Shown one piece after another: positions 42,260-55,050 of a stretch of DNA of 64,000 bases; the stretch's first letter is position 1; each line of letters starts with the position of its first letter. Made by a program: the position numbers and the translations under genes. The notes below the pieces were generated by a model that was given only the letters and a program-made list of their open reading frames with translations, did not search any database and had not been told where the DNA came from. This stretch comes from the human T2T-CHM13v2.0 reference genome, Homo sapiens: the NCBI RefSeq assembly GCF_009914755.1, contig NC_060929.1. The stretch is one strand, 5' to 3'.

Positions 42260-44430
42260 TTTTAATTTTTAAAAAATTAATTGACATGCAATAATTGTAC
42301 ATATTTATGGACTACCTAGTGATGTTTCTGTATGTATAATATATAGTTATCAGATCATGGTAATTCATATATGTATCATCCCAAATATTTATTATTTCTT
42401 TGTATTGGGAACATTCAATATTCTCCTTCTAGCTATTTGAAATATTTTTGTTAACTATAGTCATCCTACAGTGCTATAGAACACTAGAAATTGTTCCTCC
42501 TATGTAGCTGCGATTTTGTATCCTTTAACAAATCTCTCCCTATGGCCACTTCTCCCTACCCTTCACAGTCTCTATTGTCCTCTGTTCTACTTTTTACTTC
42601 TATGAGATCAACATTTTTTAGTTTTCATATATAACTCAGAACACACAGTGTTTAACTTTCTGTTCTTGGCTCATTTCACTTAATATAATGTTCTCTAGTT
42701 CCATTCATGTTGCTGCCAATGAAAAAAAATTATTCTTTTTATGGCTCAGTAGTATTCCACTATATATGTATGTATGTATGTATGTATGTGTATTCATACA
42801 TGTAGTATATACAAATGTTGGATGTGGATAAAAGGGAACTCATATACAATGTATGAGTTCCCCATATACGTATGTATACACACATACTTGGAATACTATG
42901 GCTGCAATAAACATGGGGGTGCAGATGCCTCTTAGATATACTGATTTTCCTTTCTTTGGATAAATGCCCAGTAGTGGGATTGCTGGATTATATGGTAGTT
43001 CTATTTGTAGTTCTTTGAGGAACCTCCATACTGTTCTCCAAAGTGATTGTACTAGTTTACATCCCCACCAACATTGTATATGAGTTCCCTTTCATCCACA
43101 TCCAGCATTTGTAATTTTTTGTCATTTTGATTAAAACCATCCTAACTGAAGTATGATGATACCTCATGGTGGTTTTGATTTGTATCTCCCTGATGATTAG
43201 TGATATTGAACCTTTTTTTATATATTTGTTGGCTATTTGTATACCTTTTGATAAGTGTCTGTTCAGCTCATTTGCCCATTTTTAATTGAATTATTTGATT
43301 TTTGTTGTTGTTTGAGTTCCTTGTATATTCTGGATATAAATTCCATTAGATTGAGCATGCAAATATTTTTTTCCCATTCTGTAGGTTGTCTTTTGATCAA
43401 CTTTGTTAATTGTTTCCTTTGAGGTGCAGAAGATTTTAGTTTGATATAATCCCATTTGTTTATTTTTGCATTTGTTGCCTGTGCTTTTGAAGTTTTATTT
43501 ATAAAGTTATTTCCCAAACCAATGTCCTAAAAGCATTTTTCCTGTTTTCTACTAGTAGCTTGGTAGTTTCAGGTCTTACATTTAGGTACTTGATCCATCT
43601 TGAGTTGATTTTTACATAGGGTAAGAGGTGAAGATCAAGTTTTATTTGTCCAAATATGGATATCCAGTTTTCCCAGTATCATTTGCTGAAAAGATTTTCC
43701 TTTTCCGGGGAGTGTTCTTGGAGTCTTTGAGAAAAATTACTTGGCTGCATATATGTGGACTAATTTCTGGGTTCTCTATGTTTTTTTATTTGTCCATGTT
43801 CCTGTTTTTATGCAGTACCATGCTCTTTTGGTTACTATAGCTTTGCAGAATATTTTGAAGTCTGATACTGTGTTGCCTTTAGCTTTGTTGTTTTTGCCCA
43901 AGATTACTTTGGCTATTCAGGGTTTGTGTGTGTGTGTGTGTGTGCGTGATTTCAGGGTGATTTTGTGGTTCCATACAAATTTTAAGATTTCTTTCTATTT
44001 ATGTGAAGAATGTAACTGGTATTTTGATACGGATTGCACTGAATCTATAGATTGCTCTGAGTAGTATTGTCATAGTAAAAATATTAACTCTTTTGATTTA
44101 TGAGCCTGGATTGTCTTCTGTTTGCTTGTATCCTCTTTAATTTCTTTCATCAGTGTTTTGTTGTTTTCTTTGAGATCTAAAACTTCCCTGTAGTTTTCCA
44201 AGAGATCTTTCATTCACTTCCTTGGCTAAATTTATTCCTAGGTGGGTTTTTTTGGTAGTTATTATAAATTGGATTGCCTTTTTGATTTCCTTTTCAGAGT
44301 TTGTTGTTTGTGTATAGAAGCTCTACGGATTTTTATATTGATTTTGTACTCTGCAACTTTACTTATTTGTTTATCGGTTCTAAGAGTTTTTTGGTAGAGT
44401 CTTTAGTTTTCTGTATATATAAGATTATCT
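42260..44430 (-). mobile_element. L1 (L1MA-type) 3' portion
   Basis: ATAATTGTACATATTTATGG 3' end; ORF 43263-43517 (KTSKAQATNAKINKWDYIKLKS) is an L1 ORF2 remnant; (TG)n at ~43925-43945. Confidence 0.92.
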
Positions 44431-45105
44431 ATGATTTTGTGCAGGCTGAGAAGGGTAGGACAGAGAGCTAAAAGTACTCTAGTCTATCAGCCCAGGTTCA
44501 TCCTTTTTTATGAGTAACAGCATTTTACCACTGTGACCCCAGTGAATTCATGGCTCATTGCTCCTACCAAAATGACAGGTTTGTTATTGGTCACCCTGCA
44601 GAAATTGGTTTCAGCCACTTGTGAAATTATTAAAATGTGTTTAAATTGGAAAAAAGTGCCACATGCATTTGACCAATTGCAATCTGGACAAAGAGGAGAA
44701 AAAGTAAAGTGTGAACCTTTATGCTTCCATAGTGCATGCAGACTCCAGGCAAAATTGAGTCACATGTAAAGGCTGGTTTTGGCATTAGTTCATGCCTCTT
44801 CTCAGTGCATCTCTTTTGTTCTGCCCCATTGTCCTAAAGCTATCCACTGATTGTTAGGGAGCTCCAAATTGCCTGTTCTATCTGCTGGCTGGTTGTGCTC
44901 TTGTCTGACCAAACTGGCCCCAGTTTCTCATCCCCAAAGTCGCCCATATGGAGAGATATCTTTTTTTTTTTTTTTTGGAACAAAGGTTAGTGTTTACAAT
45001 GGTGATGTGTTGAATGGTGAATCTACTTGCATTAGTGTTATTTTGGGTTACTTGCCTATTTGAGTTATTTTAATATCCTGCCATTTTAGTAACTCCTGGT
45101 TTATT

Positions 45106-45864
45106 TATTATTTTATTTTTCTAAATTTTCAGCTCAGGGGTACATGAACAGGCTGTGCAGGTTTGTTACGAAGGTCAATGTGTGCCATGGCGATTTGCTG
45201 CATAGATCATCCCATCACCTAGTTACTAAGCCCAGCATCTGTTAGCTATTCTCCGTGATGCTCTCCCTCACTGCCCCAACCCTCTGACTGGCCCCAGTAT
45301 GCATTCCCCACCTTCTTGTGTCCATGTGTTCTCATCATTCAGCTACCACTTATAAGTGAGAACATGTGGTATGTGGTCTGTTCCTGCATTAGTTTGCTAA
45401 GGATAATGGCCTCCAACTTCGTTCATGTTCCTGCAAAGGACATGACTTCATTTCTTTTTATGGCAGCATAGTATTCTGTGGTGTATATGTATATTTTCTT
45501 TATCCATTCTATCATTGATGGGCATTTGGGTTGATTCTTTGTCTTTGCTATTGTGAATAGTGCTACAGTGAACATATGTGTGCATGTATCTTTATAATAG
45601 AATTATTTATATTCCTTTGGGTACATGCCCAGTAATGGGATTGCTGGATTACATGGTATTTCTGCCTCTAGGTCTTTGAGGAATAGCCACACTGTCTTCC
45701 ACAATGGTTGAGCTAATTTATACTCTCACCAACATTGTAAAAGTGTTCCTTTTTCTCCACAACCTCATCAGCAACTGTTGTTTTTTGACTTTTTAATAAT
45801 AGCCATTCTGATTGGTGTGAGATGGTATCTCATCATGGTTTTGATTTCCATTTCTCTAATGATC
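45106..45864 (-). mobile_element. L1PA-type 3' fragment (5'-truncated)
   Basis: GGGGTACATG..CAGGTTTGTTAC, CCACTTATAAGTGAGAACATG, CTGTCTTCCACAATGGTTGA; TSD-like CCTG(G/C)TTTATTT at ~45094-45105 / 45865-45876. Confidence 0.92.
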
Positions 45865-45884
45865 CCTGCTTTATTTTAAAAGAT

Positions 45885-46366
45885 ATTTTAGATTTGGGTT
45901 CCCAAAAAGAGTTTGAGACAAACGCTTGTTTTCAAGTAGTTCATTTGGAAAGAAGAGAGAATGGAGAGTGGAAGAGAGAAGGAAAAAGCCAATACAAGAA
46001 TATTTTAATTACCTACTACAGGTGGCTGGGGATTAATCCAATGTCGTTGTCTGAGGAGATCTATGAAATGTGCCTCCAACCTGTCCATCCAGGGGACAAG
46101 GTAGAAAGAATTGATCCATTAGCTCCTGGTCCCATTGGTCAAGGATGGGTTAATTTGCATTAGTTCTGCAGCCTTCCCAGTTGTGCCAGCCTGAGTGCTA
46201 ACAATGTCCTGCAGCATCAAAGATGCCCCATAGCAAAAGCAGAACACTGGGATAAATCTGAGGGAGGAGCTGACAAGGTGCACCTGCATGAAACAGTGAT
46301 GGTTCCGTGAACTGGTTTTTGCAGGAGTAGCTGGAGTAAGAAGTGGAACAAATCTGAAGTAGTACA
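45885..46366 (-). mobile_element. ERVL LTR, LTR33-like
   Basis: GGGTTCCCAAAAAGAGTTTGAGACAA..CAAGTAGTTCATTTGGAA; AAAAGCCAATACAAG; CTCCTGGTCCCATTGGTCAAGG. Confidence 0.6.
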
Positions 46367-47254
46367 TAGTTGGCTTTGAATACACTAGACAAAGCCAGTC
46401 CTGATACCCTGAGCTGGCAGGGTATCAAGGTGCACAGTATAGTGCTGGATAAAGCACTTTCCCAAGGGAAGAATAACTGAATAGCAAAGCCAGAATATCT
46501 CTTCCCTTCCACTCTGCTTCATTACAGGAGATGCCTGGGTGATAAATGAGCCTCCTTGGCCATACTTTATTCTTAGATGAAGCGTGTTCTAAAATGTCAC
46601 CAACTGTTCAATAAAATAAATAAGGGTAAAAATGTTACATGATCTATAATAAAATCTAAATTGCAGGAAAGTTCACGGAGTAAAATATTTTGGTTTCTTC
46701 ATTTTTCATGGTTTTGTCAAAGGAAGGCTCTGAAACACTTTAAGAAAAGTAAAAATTGCTTTAAAATGAACCAGAGTATTTAAGTGGCTAAAGAGTGAGT
46801 TCAGAAATCTAAGTCCATGGAATTTTGATGTCAAAAAAGTAGGAAGTTAAAGATTTCTTAGCCTCATCAAGTTATATAATCCCAGCTCTCCTCCATCTTT
46901 AGCTTTGCCTGGTTAGTTCATCATTTCTTCTTAGCCCTCCATTCTAATCTGATCTCCACCTTTTATTCAAGACTCCATCTTAAGCCCTTTCTCCTACATT
47001 AAGCCATCCTTGAATTTGTCAACTTGCATAAGCCTCTACCTTTCTTCAACTTTATTGGTAGCAAAATAATTTGCCAGGTTTTCTAAACTGCTGCTCCACA
47101 GACTGAGCAGACAGAATATTTAATAGCACACCTCAGTTTGCTTCACTTCTCTTTCATTGATGGCAATTCTTCTCATCTTTACTTAATTACCACTGTATAC
47201 TTTATATGATGCATTGTATAGGTTGGAAGCACCAGTCAACCTTTGACAAACTGA

Positions 47255-48290
47255 ACATTCATTTATTCAGTCACTCATTCAACAAAAATATATTGAGCAC
47301 TTACTCCAGAGCAGGTGCCTGGGCTGGGAGCCATATGGATAAAACTGATTAAAGTGTATTAGTCTGTTCTCATGCTGCTAATAAGGACATACCCATGACT
47401 GGGTAATTTATAAAGGAAAGAGATTTGATTGACTTACAGTTTCACATGGCTGGGGAGGCTTCACAATCATGGTGGAAGGTGAATGAGGGGCAAAGTTACA
47501 TCTTATCCACGGCGGCAGGCAAGAGAGCATGTGCAGGGGAACTCCCTTTTATAAAACCATCAGATCTCATGAGACTTGTTCACTATCATGAGAACAGCAC
47601 AGGAAAGACCCGCCCTTATTATTCAATTACCTCCCACCGGGTCCCTCCCATGACACATGGGAATTATGGGAGCTATAATTCAAGATGAGATTTGGGGGGA
47701 GACACAGCCAAACCATATGACAAAGCATGCAATTTCACAGTCAAATTCAAAAACTGAAGCTGAATGACATCCTAAAAAGGAAACTGGGAGCTGAGGCAGA
47801 GAATAACAGAGGTGGACTATATATCAAGTGTTTTCTGGAAAGGTGACATTTGAACTGAGTCCTAAATGATACAAAGAACCTATATTCAAGGAAGGGGGCT
47901 ATAGGAGTAGAGTATTTTATTATAGGAAGAGGGCAGAACATGGGAAATGCCCCTGCATTGAGTGAGCGTATAAAGGGGAGGGAGAGTGCTTGATAGGAGG
48001 TTGGAGGGATGAGCAGGGCTACCTCCTGCTGGGTGAGGGTGTGTCTTTTTTATAAGTGTAAGGAAAATCCCATGAAGAAACCTATGCAGAGACATGGTAT
48101 ACCTAGATTTGTTGTAAAAGTATTGGTGTACTGCCCTGTGACAGTTGGTTTGGAGAGGGCAGAGATGGAAATGAAGGGACCAGTTAAAAGGGTGTGGTTC
48201 AGGCTAGTGATGATTGGTGGCCTTCAATAAGAAAGCAGAGGACAGACCCAAGATGTATTTTAAGACAAATTATCAAATCCTGAATAAAAA
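47255..48290 (-). mobile_element. L2 LINE fragment interrupted by a THE1 LTR
   Basis: CATTCATTTATTCA..CATTCAACAAAAATATATTGAGCACTTACT (L2 3' end, reverse); GGTGACATTTGAACTGAG. Confidence 0.7.
47355..47720 (-). mobile_element. MaLR solo LTR, THE1B/C-like
   Basis: TGTATTAGTCTGTTCTCATGCTGCTAATAA...ATGGGAATTATGGGAGCTA...CAGCCAAACCATAT; TSD-like TAAAG/CAAAG. Confidence 0.92.
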
Positions 48291-49722
48291 TAAATAAAAG
48301 TATTTTTCTTAATATATACTACCTTAAGCATAATTTTATTTTTTTGTGTTGTCTTCTCTCATTCACCAAATTACTAGCTCTTCACAGTAAGGTCAATTTC
48401 TGATACATTATATTCTATGTTTTCCTTAAATTTCTGAGAATAAGATAGATGTTCAAAAATATTTGTTATCATGTTGATTTTATATTAAATAGACTATGAC
48501 ATATTTTGTTGAAATCATATTAGATGCCAGAGTAAAATGTCTTGAGTAATTTCAAGTCCCTCTGATGTAGTTTTTATTATTTTGTTACTTGATGAACGGA
48601 TGCTAAAAAAAAGAATGTTGACTTTGTGGGTATTTCATAAAAATGGGAAATCTTTCTGCATGGTTTAGCATTGAGATTGCCAAATTCTTAAATGCGGTTT
48701 CCAACAGAACACAAACTTGGAAACTAAAATACAGCACTGCGTGCCCTTGCATTTGTAACAGATCAAAGGATTCATAATCTATGTACATTCTGGATAAGTT
48801 TTATAAAAATAAAGTTAAAATCTGCCCAACAAAGTCCAAAGCTGAAGGCATACACCAGCCACTTTGTGGCAGACCACGTTTTCTGGGAAAGTTCTGAAGG
48901 GGAAAGTGTCATCTGCGCACTTTCCTTTCACATGCCTTCTCACTTAGTGGCATTCCTTTTGTCTTTATGTACCAAAATTTACTCTCAGGTATAAGGCCAG
49001 TAAATTTATTCACACATGGCATAAAAACACTGAAAGAAATTCTTGAAGGATTGTATTTTCCAGGAATATTTGGTACCAAAACTATTTCTGTAGAGTAATT
49101 ATCAGGTTTGTAAGGGGTTAAAGGAACAGTGCTTTTCCCATGGAAATCTCCCTGGAAGGGGAAATGATGACTCTGCCTACTCCTCTGACTTACATGAGGT
49201 CTAGGGAGTGTCTAAAACCAAAAACTCCAGAATAGATTTGGCTGAGGACAAGTTAGGAGGATCCTGGCATCCCACATATCCAGGAGCTTCCTTGGAATTC
49301 AGAGGTCCCCTATTGCCAGCATCCCCCCGTCTATAGCATATAAAGAACTGCAGAAAAGTTATACTGGCTTAAACCATGGGAGTCTTATTTAGCAGTCCCT
49401 CCTTGTAACTGGAAGACTTAGATGTGAAAGGGAGGTTATTCTCTTCTTGTATTTTGTCAGGTTTATCATTTATGCTGTCTAATATTTGGAAGACAGTAGA
49501 TGTTTGGAAGTGTCAAGTGACAGCTAGAAGACACTTTGGGATTAAAGACTCAGTGTGGGAATCAGGGTCCCAGCATTTATTCACGGTCCCACAACAGCAT
49601 GAGTCTGGCTGATGGATCCAGGTTGGGCTGCATGGTTCTCTCCTTTTTGAGCAGCACATTGCTGTCCTGTGATTCTCTGGTTCTGCTCCTAACCCTGATC
49701 TGACTGGGAGCTTTTTATGTAA

Positions 49723-50032
<310 letters not shown>

Positions 50033-50329
50033 TATGTAATATTCTTGACATCACCTTTATGGAACATAGTCCATGACACTAGCTGCTTCCTTTGTTTACC
50101 TCTTTCATAGTGACAAACTTTCATATTTGAACAGCGATTATCATCAGGAGCCCATCCTATACCCATAGTGTCTGAACCTTTAGTAGTCCTCTCTTCTATA
50201 CCTGTATAAATCTAATAATGTGGAAGCTTTTTGCAAAACTCTAGGTCATATGAAATTTCTTTTTATCATAAGAAATGTCCAATTTCCATTTACAGCCATT
50301 CATACCTCAGAGCTATATGAGGCCAATAT

Positions 50330-50600
50330 CCCTTTTACTTATGAAAGCCTGTCAAATATTTGGGGTCAGCCACACTGTCTTCACTAATTTGTCTTCATTA
50401 AACTAAGTGGCTCCAACTATTTCAACCACTGCTGTTAAGAAAGATTTTATGACTTTTTGCCATCCTGTGTGCTCTCCCAATGACTTTAGCTTTTCAAACT
50501 TTTCTTTCAATATGTGATGTGCCCAACAGAACACCATAACTCAAAGTTCACCCTAAATAGCATAGAAATGGCAAAGCCTTCTCCTTCACAGTAGGTCTTA
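50330..50600 (-). mobile_element. Probable CR1/L3 LINE fragment
   Basis: CATCCTGTGTGCTCTCC...ATGTGCCCAACAGAACACCATAACTC resembles the reverse-strand CR1 motif TGCCCAGAACTGAACACA.TACTCC. Confidence 0.45.
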
Positions 50601-50849
50601 TTCATGTTATGGTGGCCCTTTCTTATTTCTCTGATCATTTCTCAAGTGATGTTATTTATTTTCGATGATTTGGCCTAAAAACTCTTAGTCTTCAATGTGT
50701 TCCTGCCAAGCTCTTTGCATACTCTTGAATTATTATGATTTATTTTGTGAGCGTAAAACTTCAATTTATTTTATTTATCTCTATTTAAAAATAATTTCTT
50801 ATTTACAGTCACTTTTTTCCCTTTTTCTTTTCCTTTTTTTTTTTTTTCA

Positions 50850-51900
50850 TATATCTGCTATGTATGTCAGTCACTGGGCTTGTCAGTGGAGCAGTAAGAA
50901 GATAATGTTGAATTCAGTATCAAGGGGCCAAATTTTCAGTGCTTATAATCTAAGGGAGACAAAAAGAAGTCACTATTTTGTCAATTACAAATTATTGTAA
51001 TGAGGATTCTAAAGGGACAACTAAGGGCAACTAAGGAGGTAGGACAAGGAGAACTTTCTGGACTAAGTGGCACCTGAGTTAAGGAGTTAGCAATATGAAG
51101 GAGAAGAGGAGGAGAAATTCAAGTAGAGAGATTTCTTATATAAAGTTCTAGACAGGAGAATAAGCATGGTGTTTTCTAAGACTCATAGAGAAGAATAGGT
51201 GGGGCTTTTACATAGAGTAAGAGGTAAACCTTAAGGAGAAATGATTCTAGGAATATAAATAATTTCCAAATCATGAAGAACTTTGTATTAAAACCTGGAA
51301 GGAATTGTTGGCATTTGAAGAGTTTGATGGGAGGGAGTGATGTGATTATTCTTGTATTATAGAAAAATCACTTTGGCTGCCATGTGGAAAATAATTTTTC
51401 TGTCTCAAAATAGGGAAATATGATAGAAAATTATGGCAAGAATGTAGGTAAAAGATTATGGTGACCTAAACTAGGGAATTGTTAGAAGGTATGTTTAAAG
51501 GACATAAAAAATATAAGAATATTTGTTATGAAGACATGTTTGTTATGTTAGATGACGTTTGACCAATAGAACTGATAGACTCAGGCAGTGGTGTATTCGT
51601 AGATAAGTAAAGAATGATAATTAGCCCTAGCTCAGAAAAGCATATTGGTTGAATTATCCACTGAAAGAAGAATTAGAACTGGAATAGAATAAGAATAAGG
51701 GATTTGTTCTGGACATATTAGATTTATATTCCTAAGGGTCATTCAAATGTGGATATTTAATAAGCAGTTAGGTATATGAGTTTGGAAATCAGTTACCTGT
51801 CCTTGGATGTAAAAGAATAAATCTGTAAGTCCTGTAGACCACCGGCTGTAAAGAGGAGATAAGATATAGGATGGAAGCAGAAAGTGGACTTTTTAAGGTA
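50850..51900 (-). mobile_element. L2 LINE fragments
   Basis: TAGAAAAATCACTTTGGCTGCCATGTGGA, TTTGTTCTGGACATATTAGATTT, GCAGTTAGGTATATGAGTTTGGAAATCAG. Confidence 0.65.
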
Positions 51901-53659
51901 GGAAAGATAAGAGCAAATTTAAGTGATAAGGGGAACATGTGCTTTGTAGACAGAGGAGACTGGACAGTTGCAAAATAAAACAAAGTGCTTCTAAAAGCAA
52001 TTTTATTCTCTGATGCATCCAAAAATGGCAAACTAGATTTTGCTTGTCATTCTAGTGACTACTTTCTCCCCATTTTCATATTTTTAAAACAGTTTTAATG
52101 TTAAAAATAATGCTTTATTTTTGAAAACTGTCTTTTTCTTCATCCATTTATTTATTCCACCAATATTTACAAATGCTGATTAAATATTATAGATACCCGG
52201 CCAAGTGTTGGAAATAGGTGAATAAGATGTAGTCTTAGCCTTCAAAAAGGCAAGAACGTATATAGAAAAGATATGAATAATCACTGTCTTTGGTGCTTGT
52301 TTTGCCTTCTGATGCTTCAATGGATAAAGTTAATTCATTTGAAAATAGTAGCACTTCAATAGTTGAAGATACTTATTGTAAACCCATTTGTTTCTTCTAG
52401 CAGTGATGCAAAACCTGATGATGTTCAAAATGGAAAACAAATCTTTTATTATTATGGTAGCTATTTATAGTGTGAGCTTTTAAAATGTGATAGAGGAATG
52501 AAAAACAATACTCTTAATCATGATCTGATAAGTACAGAATAATTGATCTAGACACAATTAATCCCTTATCATATTAAAATGGCACAAGTTCTTTTTTTTG
52601 GCAACTGAATTTTGTTGTTGGCAAATAATGAGATTTCAGTCAGTTATTCTTGGATTTTATGCCCAACTGTTAAGCCAATACTCCCCAATTCTGGTTATAT
52701 GCAGTTGATAATTTGCAATGAAAATATATGACTTCTCACCTATTAATTTTACATCTCATCTCAGTTTATATCATTGTTCCAAATTAGATTAATCTTTAAG
52801 AATTTCATTGTTATTAAATGCATTGCAAATCATTTCAAGCTTTCCTTAGACAATTTGTTAATTTGTTTTGATATCAAAATTACCTATTAAGACATCAAAC
52901 AACAAAGACTAAATATAAGTATGTGTTGCATGTCACTTGAAAATTATTTAGCCTGCTATCAATAGATTATATAATGTTCTCTGGATTCTTTTGGTTTAAC
53001 TATTTGGAAAGTGGCATAATAGAACTCATGTAAGTTACATTTTTGCCACTTATACTAAGCATTATCATAAGAGACTTTGAGATTTCTGATGGAAATTCCA
53101 GACAGCCTGAGATTTAGAGGGCATATGTTAACCACAGGTAAATAATCCACCATTTTTCAGTCAAAGGTTAACTTAACAGTATAAGGTCAGTGGGTCATAG
53201 AACTTCCATTGCCTTAACTAAAGAAACCAAAACCAAAAACAAAACAAAAGAAAAAAATAAAACCACCTCAAAACTTAGCAAAACAAAATATAAACAGTTT
53301 TCTCAACACACATAAAGACTTATCCTACGCAAATTGTGATTTTTCTGACTTTGATTTTTGTGTCTTTGCTTTGAGATTTTAAATGTCAGCCAACAATCTT
53401 CTTGGCTTCTTTTTCTGGCATCAGCTCCCCTTGGCTACTTTCTAAAACCTCATGGAGACTGTTTGCTTCCCTATGCTACATCAAATTAGGAGTTGAATAT
53501 AGCTAAAAGACTAAGAACGTTCCCAATTAATATTCTGATTACAATGTAAAAGTTTTAAGCCATAATCTACCTCTACATTTTAATAATATTTCTGCCATAA
53601 TATATTAATATTGCTCATCATTGTGTCTAAATTAATTTTAAATAACTATGGTGAAGTTC

Positions 53660-54450
53660 TTTTAAAGTTACTTTTTTTATTTAAAGAAGTAGACATGCAT
53701 TCAATATTGTAGAAAATTTAGAAAATAGAGAAAAGGGTGAAAATAAGCCAGCTGTAATTGTTAACATTTTGATAAATGATCACATTTCAAATACTGTTTA
53801 CAAAATATTGATCATGTGTGACAAACTTACTTTTTTCACTTGGAAATACATCTTCAATTTTTTCACAGTTTCTTAGATTTTTTCCCGTCAAACAATGTTG
53901 AGGAGAATAGAATTTAATCGTATGGATATACTGTAATATATTTAATCCATGTTTTTATTTATATATCTTTATGTTTACTTTTCACTATCTTCATATATTA
54001 TAGAATAAATCTTTGTATGTGCCTCTGATTATTTCATGGGACATATTTCTAGAAGTAGAATAACTAGGTCAAAGAAATCTACATTTTTATGATTGTGATA
54101 AACAGTTGTAAATCACCTCCACCAAGGTACCATTATCACCACCTATATGACCCTTTATCTGTATTATTTGTATTAATCTACTTATTTTGTAATTTATTTA
54201 TCCATTTATCTATCCCTCTATCTTTCCATCAATCTATCTTATTTTGTGAAGCATTTCAAAGTAAATTGCCAATGTCAGTATGCTTTTTCCTAACTACTTC
54301 AGCATACATAATTAATGTGTGCTCAAGGTCTGTTTATGTCTCAATTGTGTGCTCAAGTTATGTCTTTTAATATAAAAATACATGTATCATAAAAGTATTT
54401 TTTTTGCAGTTTTGACTAATGCATATCCCCTTGTAACTGAAACTTCTTTG
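53660..54450 (-). mobile_element. Old L1ME-type fragments
   Basis: GTAGAAAATTTAGAAAATAGAG; ATAAATCTTTGT; ATTTCTAGAAGTAGAATAACTAGGTCAAAG. Confidence 0.6.
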
Positions 54451-54479
54451 TTTTGCTGTACCTTTACAAAGGCATTGCA

Positions 54480-55050
54480 AACATTCTTCTTACTTCCATT
54501 TTTGCTCTCTTTCAGTCCATTTTTCACATAGCAATTAGAGAAACTTTTTAAAAATATAAATACAGCTTTGTTATTCCCCTGATATCAAAATCCTTACCAT
54601 GGTGTATGAGACCCTGCATGATCTGATGTCAGCCTCGTCTCTGCTTTCTCTTGCCTAGCTTCCCTGGGTCTTCCTTCTTCCAGGACTTTTTGATCAGTTT
54701 ATTTCCCCCTGCCTGGAGCACTATAGCTCTTTCTCTTGCTGAACTAACTTACTGACTTCATATATCTCTTCTTCAAGGAGGTCTTCCCTGACAGCTTCAT
54801 ATATCTGTCCCACTCCTCCCTCTCCACTGTTAGTCTCTTGGATCAGCCCTTGTTTTCTGTTCTTCAAGCCCTTACTATAGTATACAATTAATATTCTGCA
54901 TGATTTCTTGTTTCATGTGTTTCTCAACTACTAGACTGTGAACTTCACAATCCATGTTTGTGCACCACTTTCATATGCCCTGCTTTAGCACCAAGTTAGG
55001 CACAATACTACACTCTTAGCAAATTATACAACAAATGAATGAACTGACAA
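54480..55050 (+). mobile_element. L2 LINE 3' fragment
   Basis: CCCTGCATGATCTG, CTGCCTGGA, ACTAGACTGTGAAC, AAATGAATGAA tail. Confidence 0.7.
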
